A DNA stretch of 63,784 nt, filler included, from Octopus bimaculoides (taxonomy: Eukaryota): assembly GCF_001194135.2 (NCBI RefSeq). It is 4 parts of 4 records of this genome, joined end to end, with 100 filler letters (N's around TTAATTAATTAA, not from the genome) between each part and the next. Parts side by side here need not be neighbours in the genome. Positions count along the whole stretch, not along the records: positions 1 to 27,541 come from NC_068983.1; 3 more parts are not named here. The stretch is one strand, 5' to 3'. Positions 11,108-25,179 of this stretch are shown in pieces; position 1 is the stretch's first letter, and each line of letters begins with the position of its first letter. Below the pieces are notes generated by a model. That model was not told the DNA's origin. It ran no database searches and saw only the letters and a list, made by a program, of their open reading frames with translations. The translations under genes and the position numbers were made by a program.

Positions 11108-12246
11108 TACGTATTTACAACACAGATATGTATATCCATATATATGTACATAGTTGCTCACATATTTTTATTGTATTACTTTTTGCATCCAATAGCGGGA
11201 CTGTAGTTCAGGAATTTTAGGGATTTGAAGAGTGTGGAACCAGTTCTTGGTCGTTATTGTTCTCAGGTCTACTAAGGCTCGAAGTAGTAGAACCTGTCAG
11301 GGTCCTAGCTATCGTTTAACTAGCTTATAATCAACAAGAGATAGAAATACTCGAGTAGATGTCCTAAAGCACAGTAAGCTGAATGAGAGTGAGGGATCCC
11401 TGGTCTTTGTTAAGCCATCCTTCTAGGAGAAGGCTAACTCGTACATAAAACCCGCTGCTCTACTGAGCCAGATATCTTGCCCTTCGCTTGTCTCTGGAAT
11501 TCTCGATATTGCAAGTGAGACTCGGTACAGTGTTTGCAAGCCGCACTCGACTTAAAAACATTTGTACGGATATACATGACACTTTACTGTCAGCAATGGT
11601 CATGCTTCTGTAATGAGTAAACCGCCATGATTTTTTATATATATCTCTGTGGTTTGACTGGGACTTGAGCTTTAAGGATGTTGCAGTAAGAATATTCAAG
11701 GTTGTTGTACAAGAAACTGGATATTTGAAATTTATTATTCCTGTAGTAGAAAGGTCAAATGTGAAGCCTATTATTTCACAATTTGTCTTTTATTCTGATC
11801 CCTGCAGTCTCTCATATTTATGCTGCTTGTTTCGTCCATGTACAACAACATGTGATGATGTGAAGCTAATGGTAATGTTTCTTCTGTCTGTAAATGAGAT
11901 TCTTCTACTTTAACGGTTTATTACTGTATTTACCCTCCTAAGCCAGAAACGGGTTGAGTCTAACAATTTAATAGTATCGTCCTACTACGACGTATGTATA
12001 TGCTACAACATACAAGCCTCCGTGTTTACTCTGCTTCTAAACGACAATATTCAAATAATTTTCCCATAGAAGAAAGGGATATCACGTTAAAAAAAAAAAG
12101 TTTCATTCTACTCAGTCAGTTGCTAAATATTTTACGACTGCATTAAAAAAATACCGAAGCAACTGGTATCTAATGGAAGTAAATAGTTTCTCCTAAAACT
12201 TTGCTCTGGCACGTCTATGACAACAACAACAACGACGACGACGCGG

Positions 12247-12301
<55 letters not shown>

Positions 12302-12437
12302 TAATAAGAATAATACCTGTGAATTTGCGTGTGTAAACTGGGAATGCATACAATGAGTTTCTCTGCCCTAGGTGTACGGAAAACACTCGGCGAGAAATGG
12401 AAGAAAATTTGAAGAAAGAAGAAAATAATAATAATAA

Positions 12438-12480
<43 letters not shown>

Positions 12481-12482
<2 letters not shown>

Positions 12483-12725
12483 GCCTTTCCACTAAAGGCA
12501 CGAGGCCTGAAATTTGGAGGGCGGGGAATAGTCGATTATATCGACCCCAGTGCTTCACTGATACTTAATTTATCGACCCAGAAAAGATGAAAGGAAAAGT
12601 CGTCGGAAATTGATCTCAGAACATAAGGACGGACGAAATGCCGCTAAGCATTTCGCCCGGCGCGCTAACGATTCTGCCAACTTGCCGCCTTTTCGTGTTA
12701 ACGATTCTGCCAGCTCACTGCCTTA
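12481..12725 (-). mobile_element. SINE family A (T2 tail ending in (TTA)n), with a duplicated 5' head
   Basis: Family A motifs; TAACGATTCTGCCA occurs twice at 12667-12712. Confidence 0.85.
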
Positions 12726-12795
12726 CTACTACTTCTAATGATGATGATGAAGATGATGATGATGATTATGATGAAGAAGAAGAAGATGATGATGG

Positions 12796-12866
<71 letters not shown>

Positions 12867-12870
<4 letters not shown>

Positions 12871-13135
12871 CTTTATTAACCCCAAAGAGTTTACATTATG
12901 GATAGCATTGTGGACAGCACAGGGCAAATAGAATGTGGAGGTTATATGAAAATCGTGTAAACAATGAAAACCAATCGGCTATAACAACAAAATTCCCCCA
13001 AAGAGGGAGACGTTCTAGGACTGCACGTGGAAACCTCACAAATCCACGTCAGTCCTGACCACCAGGACTCAAAAGAGATAAAGAAACTGAAAGCAAATAA
13101 GAAATAAATTAAATGGCATTCAAAGAAGCAAAATA
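12867..13135 (-). mobile_element. Putative 5'-truncated Tx1/L1-like 3'UTR inserted in a (CAT)n microsatellite
   Basis: Reverse strand ends ...AACTCTTTGGGGTT-AATAAAGAAAT-CATCATCAT, with CAT-rich sequence on the other flank. No coding sequence is present, so the clade is inferred from the tail. Confidence 0.5.
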
Positions 13136-13618
13136 TCATAATGATGATTATGATGGTGATGAGGATGAGGAGGAAGAGAAGGAGGACGATGAGAGGAGGA
13201 CGCGAGAGGGGAAGAGCACAATGGTGACGACCATGATGACGACAGCGGCAACGTCAACAACTATATCTGGGCTAGTGATGTTGAGGATGATGATGGCAAC
13301 CGCAACAAACACGAGAACGATAATTATGACGACGACGACGACGGTTTTGATGATGATAATGATGATAACATCAATGAACAGAAAAATGTCCACGAAACAC
13401 TGTAACAGTTTCTTTTATTTGAAATACCGAGAGAGAAATAAACGGTAGTATCATTAAATATAAGGGAAATAAATGTGTAAGAGAACCTGGCGGCGATTGC
13501 ACGCGTTTCTTTAGATTTCCTCCATGTAGCAATGTAGCAGGTTGGTGCTGAAAACGCTAAAAACATGTCAAAACGCTAAAAACCTGTCAAAACAATAAAA
13601 CATTAATGGAGGATTAAT

Positions 13619-13664
<46 letters not shown>

Positions 13665-13674
13665 NNNNNNNNNN

Positions 13675-13713
<39 letters not shown>

Positions 13714-13761
13714 TATAATAAGAAAGATTCTTGAAAGAATTGTCATTTGCTTATATATATA

Positions 13762-13900
13762 GGCGTAGGAGTGGCTGTGTGGTAAGTAGCTTGCTAACCA
13801 ACCACATGGTTCCAGGTTCAATGCCACTGCGTGGTACCTTGGGCCGACCAAAGCCTTGTGAGTGGATTTGGTAGACGGAAACTGAAAAAAGCCCGTTGTA
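13762..13900 (+). mobile_element. SINE family B 5' part
   Basis: GGCGTAGGAGTGGCTGTGTGGTAAG (A box), GGTTCAATGCC (B box), then (TA)/(TG) repeats. Confidence 0.85.
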
Positions 13901-13912
13901 TATATATATATA

Positions 13913-13947
<35 letters not shown>

Positions 13948-14124
13948 NNNNNNNNNNNNNNNNNNNNNNNNNNNNNNNNNNNNNNNNNNNNNNNNNNNNN
14001 NNNNNNNNNNNNNNNNNNNNNNNNNNNNNNNNNNNNNNNNNNNNNNNNNNNNNNNNNNNNNNNNNNNNNNNNNNATATATATATATATATATGGAGTGAG
14101 AGAGAGAGGGGTAGATAAATAGAT

Positions 14125-14174
<50 letters not shown>

Positions 14175-14827
14175 CATTGACAGAAAGATAGATAGACACA
14201 TGTAGATATAGAAATATACACAAATATATATCTAGGGATATATATGCATGTTTATATACATCTATATATATATATATATATTTGTCTATCAATATACATA
14301 TATATATATATATATTTACTTGTGCGTGAGTGTATGTGTGAGAGAGAGAGTGTGTGTTTGTATATTTACATACATAGACATACACGCACGTAAATACACA
14401 CAAAGACGTGCGCGCGCACACACATACATATTTCTGTGCGTGTATGTACGTGTGTGCATTTCTATATATGTACGTATGCGTCCGAGTGTGCGTGAAAAAA
14501 TACACTGTGATAATATATAATGTCGAATAAATAATGAAAGCGAATAGCAATCTTTATTTATTTTATTTCTATTATTTTTATTTTTTAATGACACGAATCC
14601 TGTGTTTTCTAAGTTTTCCAACAACAGCCATGTACTATTTTCACTATTTAAATGGCACAGTAATTCCAGCTAACATCCTTATTCCACCCAAATTTCTGCC
14701 AACGTTAGTAGCCGAAAATGTTGCAGCTAAAATCAACATCAGAATGCTAGGTGCGTGTGAGTTTTAGATGTCTAGTATTTTAAGAGAGAAATAATTGCAG
14801 ATGCCGTATACTTTGTAGGGATAGAAA

Positions 14828-14906
<79 letters not shown>

Positions 14907-15200
14907 TAAACCAGTGTAAAACAAATACAATACAAATAAATAAATATAACGTGAAATAAAAGAATTATCGCCTGATTCCTAAAAAAAACCACAAAAAAAA
15001 ACGGAGGCATGTAGGCGTGTTATGTAAAAATCGGTGAAGATTTAGTGTATGTGTGTGTGCATAATGTAAGTGTTTTTTGCTTATGTTTTGGGTTTTTCAG
15101 ATATTTTATATTTTATATTTTCCAGAGAATATGATACTACACGCATACAGACACGTACATTTATGCATATATATATATATATATGTATATATATACATAT

Positions 15201-15249
<49 letters not shown>

Positions 15250-15664
15250 CATGCGTGCATACAAAATTAAAAATTAAGATGGAAACAGACAGAAACATAA
15301 TGACACAAATACGCGGGAAAATGCACACGCATATATGTAAAGAAAGTGAGTTAGAGAGAGAGAGAAAGAGAAAGACAACGACAGAAGGAAGGAAGGAAGG
15401 AAGGAAGGAAGGAAGGAAGGAAGGAAGGAAGCCCATGCGTTTTAAGGTCGATGTCTCACAGCTACTACGAGGTTATTATGTTATGCTCCTTCTGTCAGCT
15501 TTATGGGGAACTCCGGGTTGTTATCAAGAATATCATGTATTCTATTGAGATAAATGCATTTTTACACGTGTATCAAGCTCTCATGGCGTATCTACAAATG
15601 TTTCATAAAGAAATTATATTGTGACGTAAAATCATAGGAGTAAGCATGTACAGACGAGCAATAT

Positions 15665-15868
15665 TCTTTTCTATTCTAGACACAGGGCCCGAAATTTTGT
15701 GGGGAGGGGGGCCAGTCGATTAGATCGACCCCAGTAAGCACCTAGTACCGAAAGGATGAAAAGCAAAGTCGAACCTCGGCGGAATTTGAACACAGAACGT
15801 AAAGGAGGATGAAATGTCGCTAAGCATTTCGTCCGGCGTGCTAACGATTCTGCAAAATCGCCGTCTTG
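15665..15868 (-). mobile_element. SINE family A (T2 tail)
   Basis: Family A motifs. Confidence 0.85.
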
Positions 15869-16149
15869 CAATATTCATAAGATCATAGAAGACTGTTATG
15901 TCACAAACTACTGCTATCTAGCACCTTCGGACGATCTCTACTCGACTGCTACTCAACAGTTACTCAACTCTTCTACCACGGCTAGACTACCTCTATTTAT
16001 ATGTCTTGGGCGGTCCTACTCCTTCGCTTGGGGGCGTCGACAGAACAAATACTTTACATTGACGCCTTCAGATCTTCAAGTTATACCACACTTGAAACAT
16101 TAATAATGGCATACTAGTATGTTGAGACACATAGAAGCTGATCATTATT

Positions 16150-16300
16150 TAACTATTCTAAGTTCAATTTCCGCCGAGATCGACATTGTCTTTCGTCCTT
16201 TCGGGGTCGATAAATTAAGTACCAGTGAAACACTGGGGTTGATATAATTGACTAGTCCCCTCCCCCACAAGTCAGGCCTTTTGACTACATAGGAGGGATT
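16150..16300 (+). mobile_element. SINE family A fragment
   Basis: AGTTCAATTTCCGCCGAGATCGAC...TCCTTTCGGGGTCGATAAATTAAGTACCAGT. Confidence 0.75.
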
Positions 16301-16387
16301 ATTTAACTATTCTAATTATGACAACACCTGAAGATTTGATGTATTAAATGTAACGCATTGCATAATCCTCTAGATTTTGCACGTCTA

Positions 16388-16609
16388 GGAGAGTTTCTGG
16401 CTTTAAAGGTGTTGCGAAAGGCCTAGTTAGAGGCCCAAACCTCTGAGTTCTTTTACAGGGCTTAGAAAAACTGAATGACCACTGCAATAATTGTGTGAAT
16501 AAGAGATTGTAATATGTTGAATAAGATAATTATGAATAAAATCTTAATTAACTCATCCTCCTGTATCTTCTTTTATCCAGATCCAGCAACTTTTCAGCAT
16601 CCCTTTGTA
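16388..16609 (+). mobile_element. Mariner MITE copy
   Basis: Matches 3981-4190; right TIR AACTTTTCAGCATCCCTTTGTA. Confidence 0.78.
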
Positions 16610-17319
16610 TATATGCCTATTTGTATGACGCTATGTCACAAAAGAATTCCTTAACAAAACGTTTCAGATATACCAGAAAATACATTCGTATATCTTATTA
16701 TAGGTTTGTGCAGTCATTTTCGTACATTTGTCATTCATTTTGATAATCAGGTCATTCAAAGTCGCGAAAAAAAAAATTAACACCATAACGTTAGCCATTC
16801 AAATTCGTTTCTCGATCATTCAGTCGCGTACTTCGGTCAATCAATTTAGCATTTACATCATTCAAAGTAAAATGCCTGTCGAGAGCATTCAAATTAGTCG
16901 GAATGCTAGGAAACGTCTCTTCGAGCATTCAAATTCCTTTCGGAGCGATCTATTTAACACTTGGAGCAATGAAATTAGCACGATAGCTGTTTTGGCTTTA
17001 TCTCATGATCATTGTTATCATAACCATGTGTTTTCATCCATTGTTTATGTTTTAAGCACTCTCTAGTACCCATTTCTTTGCTATGTATTCTTTTATTTTG
17101 CAAAGGTACATGTATTTATTGTTAAAGGCTTCATGAAATCGCATTCCAGCATTTTCAATCTTTTCAAAGAAACTCACGATTCCAACAAATTCTCATTTTC
17201 TCTTGTTGGGAAAAGTATATATTTCTTTGATTTTAAACCTTTTCTTTCATCAGGGAAAGGGTACTGAGTACACTAAGATAATTATTGATCTACAGCCTTG
17301 ATAAGGAGAGATCGCTTGA

Positions 17320-17580
17320 GAGGATTTAGCCGACTACTTCCTGACGGTCGAAGCATCTCGGCAGGTAGGGTTGGATGTATCTATACCAACGAACACAATT
17401 TTCAGGAGTGATAGCGTAGATGTTACACTGCATTACATGTGTTCGTCATTCTTCCATGGTCATGCCGGATTCTTCTGCAGATACTCGAGCGAGGTCCCAC
17501 TTGGTAGCGGCCTTAACGGCAGTGTGCATCATTTCCGTACAATTAAGAAACGGCGAGTAGGGGGAGGCAGGAGTTTCAGA
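17320..17580 (-). pseudogene. Tc1/IS630-superfamily transposase C-terminal fragment
   Basis: Manual translation PASPYSPFLNCTE...AITPENCVRWYRYIQPYLPRCFDRQEV, with the PYSPFLNPIE-type motif carrying the catalytic E; one internal stop. Confidence 0.7.
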
Positions 17581-17639
17581 CTGGTCAATGGTGAAATGCA
17601 CATAGGAAACTTAATATGAAATATGATTATTCCCGTTTC

Positions 17640-17679
<40 letters not shown>

Positions 17680-17681
17680 GC

Positions 17682-17758
<77 letters not shown>

Positions 17759-19774
17759 ACACACATACATACATACATGCGCATATACATATGTATGTAT
17801 GCATGCATGCATGTGTGTGTGTGTGTGTGTATGTGTGTGTGTGTGTTGTGCGTGTCCGTGTGTTTGTGTCAATAAAACTAATACCGAAATGTACTGGCAT
17901 TAAAATAAGTGTAGGCGTTCCAATTAAAAACTATTTCAAAAGATAATAGATTTGTTTTGTTTTTTAACGATCTACACGTTTCGTTTACATGTTATATATT
18001 TGGCTGCAATCTATGTACTTATATAAATAAGAGAAGAGAAAGGAATCTCTGCATTTTCGCTCAAAATGTTACACTCGACAGTTTCTCTCTCAAATCATAC
18101 ATAAAAGAATTAGAAAACACTCATTGGTTGATGCATTCACATAACTTTCTCGTAAAAAATGGAATAGTTTGAATTATAAATTAGATCGATCAAAGCTACT
18201 CTAGGACTAAAGAAAAGCAACAGCAAAAGTATTTGGCTATGTCATGCATGGTAACGATAATTCGGTTATTAAAAGTAAATAATTACGATTTTTGCCTTCA
18301 AAAGAAACCGCTATTATTATGATATAATAGTATGTGTAGTCATAAATAATACTGAGATTTTAACCTAATGTTTAAAGTATGAAGTGTTAGTTTTAATTAT
18401 TCATAACATGTCGAATGCCTGGTATTTTCACATAAATAAAAATCATAAAAATATATATTGCTCGATGGTTTCTTAGTCTACGGAAGGAAATGAAGCAATG
18501 ACTAAAAGTTTCTTCAGTATTGTCTAAACAGAGGATATAGTCGAAAGATACACACGAGCTTTAAACGAGTATTGTTTCTTTTTCCTGTTTGTTTTTCCTT
18601 GCTTACTCTACTTTGATAAACAACAGCGTACTTCTTTTCCTTTTTTATGTTAATTTCGTTATTGTCTACATTTTAGACTACCTTTCGAATTTTTATCAAT
18701 GCTCTCACGTTGTCCAACTATCCATTTTGTTTCTCTTCTTTCCGTTCATGATATCTTACCTGTATGAAAAATGGTTAGTGTTTTTGTTTTAATTTTAGCA
18801 CTAGGTCAACGTCTATCGAACAGACTTGTGATCAAAAGTAATCAAGATGTGGCCATTCCATCATTTCATCGTTTCATGTATATCTACATAACTTTTTTCT
18901 TTTACTTCGTACAATCATGAGACTGTGGTCATGCTGGAACACTGCTTGGATGGAAGTACTCGTGAAATCGATCAAGTGATTAATTTTTGAAGTCTGGTAC
19001 GCAACGACCATTCTCTCTTTCTTCCATTTCCTTCCTAAAGACATGACGTGCTTTTATCTGTCTCTGCTCAAAGCTCGTTTTTCCAAGCCTTCACCACTTC
19101 ACATCGCCTTGGCTTAACAGCCCTCACCGTTTGTTTTTACTGTTTTGTTCTCACTGTCCTGATTTTGTTACCACTTTTACCCTCCGCAAAAATTTCTAAA
19201 TTTTATTTAATTTGCTTTGCAGGAAGGACTGTTTTAACGAAGTCGCGTCTTGTCCTTACCATCGAAATGCGGACTAGCTAAAACAGGGGACAACTGATGA
19301 AGGGAATGTTCCTTATGTTGCATGTCGCGTTTCTCTGTTTTTATCGTTGCTCGAAAAAAAGTTCGTTTTCTATTTTTTTGTTTTTTTATGTTCTCGTTTC
19401 TCATTATGTCCACGTTTTTTGATGTCCTGTACCCATATATGCGTGTATATATACATATATATGTAGGTATGTACATATATGTATGTATATATGCATATAT
19501 TTATATATTATTTACATATTCTATATATATATATATATATATATTTACTCGATAAATCGACAATTTGTATATGCTGCTTCTTATGTCCCATCAGTTAGCG
19601 CTTCGAGAATCAGTAACTGATATAGGAAATTCCAGACAAAAAATATGGGTTTGATATGATCGATTAAACACCTGGCAGCGGCATCCTGTCATCACTGAAG
19701 TGCAATGACTGAAATACTTAAAAGAATAGCAAAATAAATACTATGTAAAATATCCTTTCCATTTTAAGACGACA

Positions 19775-20160
19775 GTTCTGATTTATCTTCTAAACTGGAT
19801 TCCCTCTCTCATCGGCGTCGTGTGGCTTCCTTGTCTCTTTTCTATAAGTATTTACATGGACATTGTTCAGCTGAGCTCTCTTCTCTGGTTCCTCCTTTAA
19901 GAACTTATCAGCGATCTATTAGATTGCATCCAGTTCTCATCAGTATACTGTGCAACCTCTTAAGTGTCGTAAAGCACTTTACAGTACCAGTTTCCTCCCT
20001 CACATTTCTGAACTTTGGAATTCCTTTCCACAGTCTTGTTTTCCTCTTCAATATAACCTCCAGTCTTTTAAATCTAATGGACATCGACACCTATTGACTT
20101 TTGTCTTGCGTGTCCATTTTATTCTAGTAGCTCTTACGTTTTCAGTAGTCTAAGGACATT
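19775..20160 (+). pseudogene. CR1/L2/Jockey-group LINE 3' end
   Basis: LDSLSHRRRVASLSLFYKYLHGHCSAELSSLVPP ... FLPHISELWNSFPQSCFPLQYNLQSFKS, a typical post-RT C-terminus; frameshifted. Confidence 0.8.
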
Positions 20161-20765
20161 GTAACGAGTTAATGCTTAAAAAAAAATTTTAATTGTTAAC
20201 AATATTTAGCTGTTGTTTCTAGCATTTGATTATCTGGGTAAAGGCTCACTCATTCGACCGGGTTACTTCAGGAGATGTTGATACCGATGGTGTTCAGATT
20301 GAATTAGCATAAATTGGTGTTATTCAGAAGAAATATATAGAAATTAAGGGACACCCATTAACTAGAAGCCCCAGAGACTTAGCTTGGAAGACTAAATGAG
20401 AATTTGTAGGAAGGAGAACTAAATTAGAGGCCAGTCTATATCCTGCTTTTATAGCGTGTTAATGGGAGCGTGTCTATCAGACGAGTGAACTCAGTGTACA
20501 TGTTATTAAATAATGAGAATACATGTATTTGTCAGAATGCGCGCGTGTATGTGAATGTGTGCGTTTGTGTAGGTGTGCACATGCATGCAGGTAGTCTGCA
20601 GTGTAGGAAGTGCAAAGCGATGTGCATGTAAGCTGTATTCCAATGTTAGGTTTATTTGTGCATCATAGAAGAGCAACGTTTGGGAAACTGAAAAAAATTA
20701 TCTGAAGTTAAAAGAAAAAACCTTTGAACTTGCGTTAAATTTTTGACTGCATTCAAATACATTCC

Positions 20766-20820
<55 letters not shown>

Positions 20821-20963
20821 NNNNNNNNNNNNNNNNNNNNNNNNNNNNNNNNNNNNNNNNNNNNNNNNNNNNNNNNNNNNNNNNNNNNNNNNNNNNNNNN
20901 NNNNNNNNNNNNNNNNNNNNNNNNNNNNNNNNNNNNNNNNNNNNNNNNNNCACACTCATACAG

Positions 20964-21001
<38 letters not shown>

Positions 21002-21084
21002 CACAAGAGAGAAAACATGTTAAAAAGACAGGTCGGTTCCTCTCCAATTTTTTGTAAATTCTTAGATATATCTCTGTCTGTGTA

Positions 21085-21300
21085 TACTCTTTCTTTACTC
21101 TTTTACTTGTTTCAGTCATTTGACTGCGGCCATGCTGGAGCACCGCCTTTAGTCGAACAAATTGACCCCAGGACTTATTCTTTGTAAGCCTAGTACTTAT
21201 TCTATCGGTCTCTTTTGCCGAACCGATAAGTTGCGGTGACGTAAACAAACCAGCATCGGTTGTCAAGCGATGTTGGGGGACAAACACAGAAACACAAAGA
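21085..21300 (-). mobile_element. SINE family B 3' part
   Basis: TTGTTTCAGTCATTTGACTGCGGCCATGCTGGAGCACCGCC...GGTTGTCAAGCGATGTTGGGGG. Confidence 0.88.
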
Positions 21301-21438
21301 CACATAAATACAAGCTAACACTCTACCTCAAAATTTCAGACATTTACCCAGTATTAGAAAGGATTATATCTCTTTTTAGGGAGACAGCCAAACGTTTCCT
21401 GAAGAGCATCTCCGTCAACTGTGGCTAGGAACAGGAGA

Positions 21439-21545
<107 letters not shown>

Positions 21546-23054
21546 CTCTACCTCTCTTTCTCTCTCCATTCGAATACTTCCAATCTCGGCGTGCGTCTGA
21601 GCAACATTCCATGCACCCCAACTAGCACTAACGAGTGGGACGTTGCATGAATAGTACTAATTCTTAGAGGCAGTATGTTGTGCAGAGAAAATGTTGCTTT
21701 TGTCTCGATGGATGGATCCAGTCTTCTTGGTTTGGAGCGTTTCTTTGAGAAGCATTTCCAATAGAGGCCCGGCCGAGCATATGCGCGTGCACGTGCGTGT
21801 CATTGAGTGTATGAGTGTTTGTCTGTGTGTGTTTGAGTGTGTGTGTATGCATGTGCGTATCTGTGTGTATGCACACGTGTGTGTGTGTCTGCATGTGTCG
21901 CTATGATGTAGTCTTCTAGTGATGTTTTCTCCAAAAGTCAATCTGTTCATGTTTTAAGATGAGCCATTTATGTATTTGTCTTTGAGTTGTTTAAGTGAGG
22001 AATCAGTAAATATCTTACATCATTGACCCTTTCATGGAATCGTTGATAGTATTTTGATCCGCACCATGTAAATTTCTGAAATAAAATTAAAACTGTATAT
22101 TTAATAGAAAATTCTTGATTTAAAAACAATAACTCCGTGTTTTTTTTGTTTTTTTTCGTCTCTAAAGCTTTTAAATAAGAAATATTTCAAGAAAAATATC
22201 ATGTAAATATTTAGCGAAATTGATAAAGAACAATGGAAATCCAATCATATTATATTTAATGTGAAATATGTGTTTGGAGAATACTCGTTATTGCAGCGAT
22301 ATTCGATCGGAAATTAATGAGTTTTAGCCTGAAATTACTGCGCTCTCCCATATTCAGTTCCATAATAATTCAGCACCCTTAATGTTGAAGGGCATTCCAA
22401 GTGTTTATCGATTATCTTGAAGAGCCACAAAGAATTTCTACTACCAACGGTCAATAATCGAACGATTGGTTATGTGAAATTCAGAAGGAGGGATTTTTGT
22501 GCGTTTTGGCTGTTGTTCTTTAAGCTGTACATAAAACTTTTCGGAGGTTTTGTAGTATTGTAATGGTTTGCTACGGTTGTGATAATGTTTACATAATTTC
22601 CCACTGCTGCGTTTGTTCTCCATGTACGTGTGGGTTTAGTTTCTATAGTTCATGCTTTTGTTATTTTTTTATAATATGGTTGCAAGTTGTGGAGGAGATG
22701 ATGTGGAGCGAATTGGGTCGTTCACACCGCATTCAAAATTATTTTTATGACGCATTTAGAAAGATGAGATGGTACTAAACTGTATCAGGATTAGAACTGG
22801 ATAAGGATGTTCATTATTGCAATAGCGGGTGGGGATAATTGGTCTTAGCTGTTCAATAATCACTTGTTTTTGGAAAAATTATATGCATTTCTGAAATTAT
22901 GTGCTATTAAAACTAATGCCTGTATAAATATATACTCCACTGATTAGCAATACGCAAATATGCCACGCATGCATACATACAAACAAACACACACAGACGC
23001 ACACGCACACATAGACACACACATACATGCACACATATTCATACATGTATAAGT

Positions 23055-23131
<77 letters not shown>

Positions 23132-23987
23132 GAAAGTGTATCTCTGTATGTGTGTGTATGCGAGTGTATGTGGTGTCGATTTTTGACAGATTAAATCAAT
23201 TCAGAATTCATCAGAATCATATATAATTAACTCGATATAATGAAATTTAAAGTTGACCTTAAAGTAAATTTGATACATCTAGTAAACGGCAACATTGTAT
23301 CTGTCAAGATAACATTTGCTCAAGAACTATTCCCTAAGTTGGTTATCGTAAACTGAAAAAAAAAATCTCAATTATTCAGTACTTTCATTTCTTTAGAGTG
23401 AAGAAGTGGAAACGTCCGAAAAGTTACAATGATTCTTTTGAAATTTTTTTTACTCCTTGCGGCAAACCAGCTCATTAAATTTTTATATATATAAATTCTA
23501 CTATGGATTAATTTTTACCAAACCAGACCTTCACCAGTTATTCTAAATAGATATTTTACCATTGTACCCTATATTCTCATAATACTGAGATTGCCGTCTG
23601 AAGCAAAGTTGGTTAGAAAATATTTATTGTTTAATCTAAGATTTACGGTCCTAAATAAACAATTTCGTTGTTTATTTCAGTTAGGATATTGAAATCTCAT
23701 AATATTTGTTTTTCGTTCATTTACCATAAATAATTCTGTTGAGAGAAAAGAATGTGTCCGAAATGAGAGTGAGAAAGACGAAGAAAGCAGGAGAGATTCA
23801 GAAGGAAATTAACAAAAAAGAAAAACAAAAAAAAACGGAGATAAACATGTGTGCGTGTGCGCGTGTATTTATCAATGTATATATATTTACACACTCACAC
23901 ACGCACACATATACACACAAAACATATATATACTTACACACACATATATATATAAATATCCATACGTATAAGTATATCTATACATTC

Positions 23988-24023
<36 letters not shown>

Positions 24024-24139
24024 ATATATATATATAAATATATATATACACATACACAAATACAAATATATCTATATATCTCTCTCTATATATACATACA
24101 TATATGTACCTATATATATTATACATATATATATTATAC

Positions 24140-24196
<57 letters not shown>

Positions 24197-25179
24197 ATCT
24201 ATGTATATATATATGTATGTTGAAAGATAGATAGATAGATTGATAGTCAGACAGACAAACAGCAAGACAGGCACACAGACGGTCAGATAGATAGATACAT
24301 AGATACAGACAGGCAGCTAGATATATATTCAGCCACACTAGATATGAAAATACCGAGAAGAATCAAAATCTTGATATTGACTTTAGTTGCTGATAATATG
24401 CTTTTCTTTTTCTTTAACAAGTTTCTTGTTGCTTTTTAAAGTCCAAATTTCCTTCCAGAAGAGATAAAATATGTTTATATTGTAAACATAATTTATTTGA
24501 TTATGTAGAATGATTATGTAATACGATTTACTGAATGTTATTCAGTTACCCATTTCACTGCCTTTTCGTCCTATTAAGGTCGATAAAAATAATTGCATGT
24601 ACTCAACCGACTATTATATATCCTCATTTTCATACAACCGCCATAGCTATTATCACCATCATCGTCTCATGAAGTGACGGCAGAAATATCAGCATCATTG
24701 CTAAAGTTATGTAAACACAATTCCGATCTGCAACCCTCTTGAAACTGTTAAAATGTCTTTAAAAAAGGGAATATTATCAAGAGAGTTGTTACTTGTTCAA
24801 CATACTGTTTATTTAAGTGTAGTGCAAGTAAAACAAACAAAATGAGCTTTTTCTTCACTTCATCATGTTTTAAAGCTTTACATATCCCAAAAGAAGCATC
24901 TCTATTTTATATTTGGATTTCATCGTTAAGTTACATGTTAAGCGAAAGAATTTTCGAGCCAAGGTTTAGTACTCGTCTTATAAACAGTTTGCTTTGGCAA
25001 GGAATGTTGCTTTACTCTACAAGTTTCCAACAACCTTGCAGAGGGGGCTTCATTCCTGGTGAATAGCTAACTTTGGGCACACAGGAAGTGACGTCATATA
25101 CACACAACAACTGATGCAGACGTTATATATTGCATTTTAAAAATGTTATCCTTCTATCTATCTATCTATCTATCTATCT

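Noticed and set aside
15890-16070. Possible solo LTR (TGTTATG start, TATA-like box)
   Set aside because: No matching CA end, TSD, primer-binding site or second copy found.
22441-22800. Possible Penelope GIY-YIG fragment (ENKRSS..LCKH...SIIDR)
   Set aside because: Resemblance too weak to support without a profile search.
23739-24338. Long ORFs rich in YI/HT/VC dipeptides (also 4203-4769, 13618-14550, 44442-44905)
   Set aside because: Translations of dinucleotide repeats.
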